A DNA stretch of 55,753 nucleotides. Source: a virus. Lineage: Duplodnaviria; Caudoviricetes. Below, one piece after another: positions 47,667 through 54,166 of the stretch; positions within the stretch are counted from its first letter, which is position 1; every line of letters begins with the position of its first letter. The stretch covers positions 1 through 55,753 of the IMG/VR virus record IMGVR_UViG_3300022934_000025; one strand, written 5' to 3'. Below the pieces are notes generated by a model that saw only the letters and a list, made by a program, of their open reading frames with translations, was not told the DNA's origin and did no database searches. Position numbers and translations under genes: made by a program.

Positions 47667-48857
47667 TTATGCGGCGACTTTATCCAGTAACGCGCCCGCC
47701 TTTCGTTCGATTTCAATGCGGGCATCTTGGTGCGGTATGTCCCGCGCAATTGCGGTAATAGCCTGCGCCGCGTCCCAAACTGTTTCAACGGGTCGGCCTT
47801 CTTCTTTTAAATGCCTAGCGTTCGCGGCCTTGGCCATGCGGCCAGATAATCCCGCCCGCTTACTTAGGAAATCAAAACGGCTTTCATCATCGTGCGCAAT
47901 CTTGGCGGCCTTGGCAGCTTGGACGCCTTCAATAAATGTAGACGTTGCACCATGCGCGAAGCTTTCCAAAGCTGGCCGCGCTTCCATCGCGAAACGATCG
48001 GGCGCGAATTTGGTATGCCTAATCTTAATTTCTTGGAAGTTTTCCACGCCCCAAAGATTTCGATTCATACAAACCCCGCGCAGATACATCGCGGCGATGC
48101 CTGCGGTTTTGCTGCCCGTTTCACTGTTCCATGCGTAAAAGCCGCGGAACATCAAATCGGGTTCGCCGTTCGGCAGCTTACCGACTTCGATAGGGTTGCG
48201 GTCGTCAACTAGGAAAACGAAAACGTCGCGGTCGCTGGCGAATAGCGTGGTCGTTTCCATTGTTACTGGCACGTCGGGATCGTAAACGGCTAAACCGTCG
48301 CGGCTTCCCGTCATCATGCCCGGCACTTTCCAACGTCCGCCGCTGGCGTCAACTAGGTTTTTCACTGGTTCCAAAATTTCCCAGTCAAAAATTCGCCCGT
48401 AGTCTGGACCCGTTGCGGCGCGTAAATCCCCGCCGTCGGTTTGGCTACCGTATACCTTGACCAGTTCCCGCCCGCGGTTATAGCGCAAACCCCATTGAAT
48501 ACAGTCCGCCGCCAATGGTGCAGGCAAGTCGCGCAGGTAACCAGCGGGTGCGCCAGATAGCTGGGACAATTGGCCAAAACTCCAATTGGTCGGGGTGTTC
48601 ACGTGGTCGCGGTAATTGTCGTCTTGGTATTCAACGCGCAAATCCCCGCGGCTGGGGTTGCTTTCATCCAGTTCGCCAATGATCTGGATTTTGTGAGTAT
48701 CAACGGTGCGGCTTGTCATCCGCTGGGCGTCAATCTTTTTTGTGGCCAGCATATCATCCAGCGTCAAAAACTTTTGATCGTCGGGACGGCTGAACCATTG
48801 TGATGAAACCGCGCTATTTCCAATGCCATGCGCGAAGGCGTTAGTTGTATAAGTCAT
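47667..48857 (-). CDS. DUF932-family protein
   Basis: WSFGQL, RAATGPDYGRI, NSETG, YLRGVCMNR, KIRH. Confidence 0.8.
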   Translation of the reverse strand: MTYTTNAFAHGIGNSAVSSQWFSRPDDQKFLTLDDMLATKKIDAQRMTSRTVDTHKIQIIGELDESNPSRGDLRVEYQDDNYRDHVNTPTNWSFGQLSQLSGAPAGYLRDLPAPLAADCIQWGLRYNRGRELVKVYGSQTDGGDLRAATGPDYGRIFDWEILEPVKNLVDASGGRWKVPGMMTGSRDGLAVYDPDVPVTMETTTLFASDRDVFVFLVDDRNPIEVGKLPNGEPDLMFRGFYAWNSETGSKTAGIAAMYLRGVCMNRNLWGVENFQEIKIRHTKFAPDRFAMEARPALESFAHGATSTFIEGVQAAKAAKIAHDDESRFDFLSKRAGLSGRMAKAANARHLKEEGRPVETVWDAAQAITAIARDIPHQDARIEIERKAGALLDKVAA

Positions 48858-48910
48858 ATTTTTTACTCCGTAGTTAAAAGTTAAGGGCCGATCATTTCTG
48901 ACCAGCCCCT

Positions 48911-48941
48911 ATAATATCCCATATTATTGTATATGGTGCAA
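48911..48941 (-). promoter_or_regulatory. Putative early promoter
   Basis: TTGCAC...TATTAT (long spacer) with ATCCCATA box. Confidence 0.5.
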
Positions 48942-48958
48942 GCTAATTTTTTAGAAAG

Positions 48959-49672
48959 TTATTCCAGCCCAATGTCGCCCGCAACATGATGCCGAATGAT
49001 CGAACGCGGCGGGAGTGATTTCGCAAACCGCAAAAGCTTTTCCCCGTCCGTTTCATCCGGTTGCGATTGGTTTGAAGTATCGCGCCAATGCAATGCAACG
49101 TTTCCGCCGTCGGCATAACATCCGCCGCGCACGTCGGGATCGGCGGCTTTTTTCTTGCTGGCACCATGCGCGGTAAATCCGATCACATAATCCCTATCAA
49201 GTCGGGCGCACAATGGCAGGCCGTTGCCACAATCGCGGCAGCTAAACCCGTCACGATATTCGGCGGGACATCTAACGACCCGAACACCCCAGCCAGCGGG
49301 TTGGGTTTTTTTACCTTCCCAGCTATCTGGCGAAACGACAGTAACCGACGGGACGCCATTAATAATTGACGCCGCTGCGGCGGCTTTGTTTTCCGTCGAG
49401 AAATTTATGACGGTTTTACCTTCGGCCAATTTACGGTCCCAGCCATATTGGCGCGGATCGAAATGCGAGTAAGTAAACGAGACGCCTTTACGCGGAACCG
49501 CGTCCAATAATGCGTCCAAATAATCTGGATCAATTTTTTGCGATCCCTTCCCGCTGCAATTCATTTTGCAGGCGGCTGGGCAGGTCGCATATTTTTCACC
49601 ATTGCCAGCGCGATAGGTTACCGCGATGCCTTTGGTTTTTTCTGCCCGACTCATTTCTACTGTTTTAAGCAT
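48959..49672 (-). CDS. Cys-rich Gp88/DUF7227-like protein
   Basis: TCPAAC, CPAE...SCRDCG...LC, GFTAHG, GGCYA, RHHVAGD. Confidence 0.65.
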   Translation of the reverse strand: MLKTVEMSRAEKTKGIAVTYRAGNGEKYATCPAACKMNCSGKGSQKIDPDYLDALLDAVPRKGVSFTYSHFDPRQYGWDRKLAEGKTVINFSTENKAAAAASIINGVPSVTVVSPDSWEGKKTQPAGWGVRVVRCPAEYRDGFSCRDCGNGLPLCARLDRDYVIGFTAHGASKKKAADPDVRGGCYADGGNVALHWRDTSNQSQPDETDGEKLLRFAKSLPPRSIIRHHVAGDIGLE

Positions 49673-49916
49673 GGAACATTTCCCCCAATTTGCAGCCCTG
49701 CATTAATCGGGAACGAATAAAGCAAAAATCATATATGTGTTTATTCCAGTAAAAATCGCCGTTGTGAAACATGCGGATCAATTCCCATTCACCCGTTTTA
49801 CTATCCAAAAATTGGATACCATCCCCGCACGGTTCGATCACGTCGGCCTTAATCCAACATTGTGGGACGGTCATGGTGTCACTTATCGCTTCGCGTAGTT
49901 GAATGTATATCGTCAT
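49665..49916 (-). CDS. Early hypothetical protein
   Basis: 83 aa, GGAGG RBS, own promoter. Confidence 0.68.
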   Translation of the reverse strand: MTIYIQLREAISDTMTVPQCWIKADVIEPCGDGIQFLDSKTGEWELIRMFHNGDFYWNKHIYDFCFIRSRLMQGCKLGEMFHA

Positions 49917-49951
49917 CGGTTTGCCCTCCGTAGTTATAAGATATATCGCAT

Positions 49952-49988
49952 ACTATACGACATAAAAAAGCCCGCGGTCAAGCGGGCT
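49952..49988 (-). terminator. Terminator whose loop is the -35 box of the next promoter
   Basis: AGCCCGC-TTGACC-GCGGGCT-TTTTT then TATAGT 18 nt after TTGACC. Confidence 0.75.
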
Positions 49989-50002
49989 AAATTTTTATTT
50001 TT

Positions 50003-50092
50003 TTATCGTCGCCTTCGCTTCGGCTTTGGCCGTAAATCGTCGGCGGCATCTTCCCCAAACAAAAGTTTATAAAGCCATTCGATCAAACCCAT
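50003..50092 (-). CDS. 29-aa amphipathic/basic peptide (not in ORF track)
   Basis: MGLIEWLYKLLFGEDAADDLRPKPKRRRR; GGAGG RBS; TAATG coupling. Confidence 0.6.
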   Translation of the reverse strand: MGLIEWLYKLLFGEDAADDLRPKPKRRRR

Positions 50093-50262
50093 TACACGGC
50101 CTCCACGGTTACGTCGTCATGATAATCGCCGTCATAACTGTTAATAAAATAATCTTCGTCGCCTGCCTTCAATTTTCTTAAAGCATCGTCTTCATCAACA
50201 GCATCAACGTGGTGAACTTCCACGACCGTATAGCTGAACATCACTTTATATTTCTGCGCCAT
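50092..50262 (-). CDS. 56-aa acidic early protein (not in ORF track)
   Basis: MAQKYKVMFSYTVVEVHHVDAVDEDDALRKLKAGDEDYFINSYDGDYHDDVTVEAV; AACTACGGAGG leader. Confidence 0.72.
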   Translation of the reverse strand: MAQKYKVMFSYTVVEVHHVDAVDEDDALRKLKAGDEDYFINSYDGDYHDDVTVEAV

Positions 50263-50290
50263 CGTTTTACCTCCGTAGTTAAATTAATGA

Positions 50291-50770
50291 CTATGGGATT
50301 GTATGCGATGTTGTGGGACTAATCAAGCCAAAAACTTTTTGCCAGTCAAGTGCACCAGCTGCGTGATAATGCGCGGGGACCTTCAACCCTTCCAGCTTCA
50401 GATCAACAGCGTCCGCTCCGCGGTATAAAAAAATTTGCTCAGGTTGATTTTTGGTTTTGTGTTTTTTAACCAAGACCCAAACGCTGGCGTGACCATGATT
50501 GGTTAGCCAAGCCACTTGGTGAGGCCGTAGGTCCACCGCATTACCTGCGGTCGCTTTCAGTTCAATAAAATGAAACTGACCAAACTCGTCACACAAAACA
50601 ACATCGGGCACACCGGGCATCGCCCACGTTTCAAGCCTAGTCGCTTTCAGATTCCTGCCAGTCTTCTCCATCCCCGTTTTCATCTGCCTCCAAAAGTCGG
50701 CTTCTCGCTTTGTCGCGGTTCTGGGGATTGCTCTCTCCTTCGGGAGTAACGTCGATAGTGATCGGGGCAT
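50291..50770 (-). CDS. VRR-NUC / PD-(D/E)xK nuclease (Holliday junction resolvase-like)
   Basis: PGVPD, FIELK, LRPHQVAW; start uncertain. Confidence 0.82.
   Translation of the reverse strand: MPRSLSTLLPKERAIPRTATKREADFWRQMKTGMEKTGRNLKATRLETWAMPGVPDVVLCDEFGQFHFIELKATAGNAVDLRPHQVAWLTNHGHASVWVLVKKHKTKNQPEQIFLYRGADAVDLKLEGLKVPAHYHAAGALDWQKVFGLISPTTSHTIP
50298..50326 (-). promoter_or_regulatory. Early promoter inside the 3' end of the nuclease gene
   Basis: TTGATT-17-TACAAT with three phased ATC[GC]CATA-like boxes. Confidence 0.72.
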
Positions 50771-51254
50771 AACTTTGTTTAATCTCCTTGAGCGCCCTCA
50801 ACACTTCATCCTTGCTCATACTGTCAATGCTGCCAGTGCGGATTTCGCTCTTGTTTACATAAATGTCACCTTGCGCTTGCCCGCGCCTGTATTCTGCCTG
50901 AACGGCTGCGCTGTATGCGCCGTTGTTTAATGCCATGTCGCGGATGACCTGAAGGTCCCGCAAATGGCGTTGGTAGTTCACACCAAACTTTTCATCCAGT
51001 TCTGCACGATAAGCTTGGATCGCTGCCACAACATGAGGGCTGATGTTTGGGTTGGTTAGTTCATACGCTCTGGTGTGAGCAGACCCTGCGGGATAGCCAG
51101 CATTGATTGCTGCCTCTCGCATTGTGATCTGACCATCCTTCGATACCAGTTCTTTAACAAACAGTTCTTGCTTTCGCGTTAGCTGCTGGGCTTTGGTTGC
51201 CTTGGGTCGTCCTACCCTTTTCTTTGGGGCAGGAGCTACTGATTTACTTGGCAT
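50637..51254 (-). CDS. terS: Terminase small subunit
   Basis: LTRKQELFVKEL...REAAINAGYPAGSAHTRAYEL HTH typical of TerS. Confidence 0.8.
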   Translation of the reverse strand: MPSKSVAPAPKKRVGRPKATKAQQLTRKQELFVKELVSKDGQITMREAAINAGYPAGSAHTRAYELTNPNISPHVVAAIQAYRAELDEKFGVNYQRHLRDLQVIRDMALNNGAYSAAVQAEYRRGQAQGDIYVNKSEIRTGSIDSMSKDEVLRALKEIKQSYAPITIDVTPEGESNPQNRDKARSRLLEADENGDGEDWQESESD

Positions 51255-51307
51255 TTAATTCTCCAGTTATTTGGCGATAGTTTGCCATAAAACTAACCCG
51301 CTTTGAA

Positions 51308-51533
51308 TATATAGACAAGAAATCAAAAAAAAATAAAAAACGATCTGACCTCCCTATACGCAATCTTGCCCTTTCTGGTTACACAAACTCGGATACGGTT
51401 ACTTTTTTGTTTTTCACTTATGTAACTTAAAATCTCTTTATATAACAAGAGCTTGCTTGCTTCGGTTACACGGTTACACCGGTTACGGCTATTTTACCGA
51501 AAAAATTTATTTTTTATTTTTACTGTCTATATA
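51308..51533. repeat. AT-rich element: TATATAGACA inverted repeats enclosing GGTTAC iterons; candidate origin or packaging site
   Basis: IR 51308-17/51524-33 with A/T tracts; GGTTAC at 51377, 51397, 51464, 51472, 51481; inverted TGTAAC at 51421. Confidence 0.6.
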
Positions 51534-51671
51534 AGTAAACGCCGTTTACTTGTACCGTGCGCCGCGGCCCCTGATTCCTGTATACTGCCCCTCGGCCCGT
51601 CCCTGTTCACTCCTAGTGGGGGAGTTATGACCCCTGCATCAAACGGCGGGGGCGGGCCACCTCCCTCGCAT

Positions 51672-51700
51672 AAAAAAACCCCCGATCCGAAGACCGGGGG
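51672..51700 (-). terminator. Terminator
   Basis: CCCCCGGTC-TTCG-GATCGGGGG-T7. Confidence 0.85.
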
Positions 51701-51710
51701 CCGTGTTTAA

Positions 51711-52025
51711 CTACTCAGTGTAGACTTCATACCATTCGTCTTCCCCGTCTTTCGCTTTGTGCGTTATGACATGTGGATCGAATGGAAACCCGTAGCTATG
51801 TCCGACGCGGCCTTGGATGGAGTCACGCATTGCGTGACACTCCGCAGCTAAAAGGTCGGTATAACCATATCGGCAAAGATTGAAACCGATGTAAGCCCCA
51901 CCGTCAAAGTAGTCTTGCTTACGTTTCGATTCGAGTCCGTCGGGAAACTTCTCTTTGATGAATCTTTCGATGTCTTCAAGATTGTTAATGACGACCTTGC
52001 CGTCCTTGAGTTCAAAGTCACTCAT
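51711..52025 (-). CDS. Early hypothetical protein (104 aa)
   Basis: Start MSDFELK after AACTACGGAGG leader. Confidence 0.75.
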   Translation of the reverse strand: MSDFELKDGKVVINNLEDIERFIKEKFPDGLESKRKQDYFDGGAYIGFNLCRYGYTDLLAAECHAMRDSIQGRVGHSYGFPFDPHVITHKAKDGEDEWYEVYTE

Positions 52026-52107
52026 GGTGAACCTCCGTAGTTTTTCAATTGTTAAAGAACGTGGGGCTTGCCCGCCCCGCCAACTGGAACTCCCAGTTGG
52101 TAAAAAT

Positions 52108-52136
52108 AGTTTACCACGGGTATGCGATAATGTCAA
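52108..52136 (-). promoter_or_regulatory. Strong sigma70 promoter
   Basis: TTGACA-17-TAAACT with extended TG. Confidence 0.85.
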
Positions 52137-52194
52137 GTCCAATAATGAAGGGAAAGTGGAGAGGTGGTGGAAATCCACTTAATTTTTTAGAAAG

Positions 52195-52500
52195 TTATAT
52201 CGTCGCGGATGGGTGAACGGCGAAGTAGTCCATTCGGTCGTCCCATTGGAAGGTATGTTCTTGCCACTTGGCTGCTTCTTCAGCAAGGCGGTCTTCGATG
52301 GCGGGTGATGAGGTCCACGCCTTGAGGTTCATCTTCAGACTCCACTTAAACTCGTCGGCTTTCTCTTTCCAGTAGTTGGCTTCGTGCGTTCGGCCTTCCC
52401 AGTCGTCTTCCTCTGCCCAAAAGGAGCAGAGGTCGAAGCAAGCCTGATCGCTCAGTGAGCCGTCTCTCATGCGCAGGATCGCGGGCCGTTTACCGTTCAT
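52195..52500 (-). CDS. Hypothetical Trp-rich protein
   Basis: 101 aa, ATGA coupled. Confidence 0.68.
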   Translation of the reverse strand: MNGKRPAILRMRDGSLSDQACFDLCSFWAEEDDWEGRTHEANYWKEKADEFKWSLKMNLKAWTSSPAIEDRLAEEAAKWQEHTFQWDDRMDYFAVHPSATI

Positions 52501-52715
52501 AGCCTGTCCTCGTATTCTTCAACGGATGGGACGGCACCTTCTTCGTCGTCCACTTCTGCATGGATCAAGGCAATGACGTAGGTCGGGTTGATCTGGACGA
52601 TCTTGCCGTTGTCGAGCTTTAGCTCAATCATGTCTTTGCCCCACTTCCATGATGTGACGCTGTAGTTAAGTTGCGTCCCGACGGACGGGTGCATATCAAT
52701 GGTTAGTATTTTCAT
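52497..52715 (-). CDS. Hypothetical protein (72 aa)
   Basis: GAGGA RBS before MKILT. Confidence 0.68.
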   Translation of the reverse strand: MKILTIDMHPSVGTQLNYSVTSWKWGKDMIELKLDNGKIVQINPTYVIALIHAEVDDEEGAVPSVEEYEDRL

Positions 52716-53016
52716 CACGTTCCTCCTCTGCGATGTAGACACGCTTCATTGGTTTAGTGCGAAAGAACCCTTTGTAGTCTGGGTACTCGTGCATGAACAA
52801 CCGAGCGTAAAGCGCAATGAAGTCGTTAGAGATTTTGTATTCGTTACCGGTGGTTACGATCATCGTTTCCCACCGAATCCTGTTGACGATAAGCCATGCT
52901 GAAAGTCTACGGTGCCCTTTCTGGATAGCTTGAAAGGTGAACTTTTTAAATAGCTCATAGAACTCTGGGTTCTCTTTGTGCCACGCCCACCATTTATCTT
53001 TGAGATCGTCTGTCAT
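52696..53016 (-). CDS. Conserved phage protein
   Basis: WHKENP...NRIRWE...YKISNDFIALYARLF...FFRT motif. Confidence 0.75.
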   Translation of the reverse strand: MTDDLKDKWWAWHKENPEFYELFKKFTFQAIQKGHRRLSAWLIVNRIRWETMIVTTGNEYKISNDFIALYARLFMHEYPDYKGFFRTKPMKRVYIAEEERDENTNH

Positions 53017-53351
53017 CCAAATAACGCGAACGCGATAGCTGCAAGGAATCCGCCAACAGCGGCTTGCAGGATGAACTTATGCTTGACGTACCATGGCTCG
53101 TGGTCCGCGTCCCAATGCGCGTCAGTCTCTTCGTAGGTGACATCGACTGCGGTTCGTTCGGCGTTGTTTTTAAAGCACCAAGCTAGGATAGCGCCGCGTT
53201 CCCAACGGTTAACCATCTTTGGCCCGCGGGTCGCGGTGGTTGGAACTTTGACGGGGGATGGAAATTCACCCACCTTTACCTTTCGGTAAACGGTGGGCTT
53301 GCTGACCTGCGCGAGGTCGCACACTTCTTCGATGGTAATCAAATCTTTCAT
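53013..53351 (-). CDS. AlpA-like HTH DNA-binding protein with C-terminal hydrophobic helix
   Basis: LITIEEVCDLAQVSKPTVYRKVKVGEFPSPVK...NRW. Confidence 0.82.
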   Translation of the reverse strand: MKDLITIEEVCDLAQVSKPTVYRKVKVGEFPSPVKVPTTATRGPKMVNRWERGAILAWCFKNNAERTAVDVTYEETDAHWDADHEPWYVKHKFILQAAVGGFLAAIAFALFG

Positions 53352-53379
53352 AACGTTCTCCATGTAGACTTACATAGAG

Positions 53380-53409
53380 ATTGTATGGGATTTTATATAG
53401 AAAAGTCAA
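53380..53409 (-). promoter_or_regulatory. Early promoter
   Basis: TTGACT-18-TACAAT with ATCCCATA box. Confidence 0.75.
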
Positions 53410-53576
53410 CCCTGAAGGATACGTTGCCAGCACTTCTCAAGCTCCGCACTGCGTTGCTTGTCTTCTTCGCTGCCGCTTTCTTCGAGTTGTTTTTGGAAGT
53501 CGGTGACGGCTTTGTTCACCTGATTGACTGCGTAAGGCCAAGGTATTTCTGATACGCGTAGGTTTAGTTCGTCCAT
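53406..53576 (-). CDS. 56-aa hypothetical protein (not in ORF track)
   Basis: MDELNLRVSEIPWPYAV...LEKCWQRILQG; AGGAGG RBS. Confidence 0.7.
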   Translation of the reverse strand: MDELNLRVSEIPWPYAVNQVNKAVTDFQKQLEESGSEEDKQRSAELEKCWQRILQG

Positions 53577-53593
53577 GGTTATCCTCCTAAGAT

Positions 53594-53663
53594 AAAAAAG
53601 CCCCAGCCGGGGGCAACCGTACTGGGGCTGGTTTTAACTACGGAGAACATGTTCACCATGTTC
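53594..53663 (-). ncRNA. Predicted 70-nt trans-acting small RNA antisense to early-gene RBS leaders
   Basis: Own promoter, 5' hairpin GAACAUG/CAUGUUC, seed CUCCGUAGUUAAAA, terminator AGCCCCAG/CUGGGGCU-U5. Confidence 0.7.
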
Positions 53664-53669
53664 AAGCGT

Positions 53670-53699
53670 AGTATAACCCCACCAATATGGGATATGCAA
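53670..53699 (-). promoter_or_regulatory. Promoter of predicted sRNA
   Basis: TTGCAT-18-TATACT, ATCCCATA in spacer. Confidence 0.75.
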
Positions 53700-53702
53700 C
53701 AC

Positions 53703-53906
53703 TTAATCGCATATCTCATTCAAGTTTTCTGGGTATTCCCCAGCTTCTAAGGGATCGACAATAGACAATTGGCAGGTCTTACACATACGAAAGAGATGGG
53801 TGTCCGATTTACCGGTCACCGTAAGGGGCTGCTCACACTTGGGGCACTTATTTTCCACCAGTCTTTTGTGGAACTGTCCCGTTTCCCCCGCTGCTTCCAT
53901 CATGTG
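53703..53906 (-). CDS. Zinc-ribbon protein
   Basis: CPKC...CKTC; GGAG RBS before ATG 53906. Confidence 0.68.
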   Translation of the reverse strand, partial: HMMEAAGETGQFHKRLVENKCPKCEQPLTVTGKSDTHLFRMCKTCQLSIVDPLEAGEYPENLNEICD

Positions 53907-54039
53907 CTGTCTCCATGTACCACTCAAAGACCAGACGTAATTGTCCGCCGATGGTTCGGCCTTCCTTTTTCGAAAGGGCCTTTATCTCTTCATACACTTC
54001 CCGCGGTACGAGACTGCTTTTCCAACGATCTGTATCCAT
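53848..54039 (-). CDS. Ribbon-helix-helix (Arc-like) DNA-binding protein
   Basis: KSSLVPREVYEEIKALSKKEGRTIGGQLRLV. Confidence 0.72.
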   Translation of the reverse strand: MDTDRWKSSLVPREVYEEIKALSKKEGRTIGGQLRLVFEWYMETAHDGSSGGNGTVPQKTGGK

Positions 54040-54071
54040 TAATCTATCTCCGATGCCCCCGGATGTCTACG

Positions 54072-54100
54072 ATAATATAGGAGATTATACAAGAATGCAA
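54072..54100 (-). promoter_or_regulatory. Promoter directly after polA terminator
   Basis: TTGCAT-17-TATTAT. Confidence 0.72.
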
Positions 54101-54101
54101 G

Positions 54102-54123
54102 AAAAACCCCGCCGAAGCGGGGT
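54102..54123 (-). terminator. Terminator after polA
   Basis: ACCCCGC-TTCG-GCGGGGT-TTTT. Confidence 0.88.
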
Positions 54124-54166
54124 AGTTGAGAGGCCACAGGCGTGGGCCACGAGCAGCATGGAGTTG

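Noticed and set aside
46100-50300. GANTC (CcrM site) avoidance as the cause of the composition shift
   Set aside because: GATTC at 48062 and GACTC at 49648 are present; the depletion is of GAG/CTC generally.
51594-51658. tRNA gene
   Set aside because: No TTC-containing T-loop or cloverleaf; kept only as a possible ncRNA.
53013-53351. Lysogeny module (AlpA as excisionase)
   Set aside because: No integrase, CI-like repressor or att/tRNA fragment recognised.
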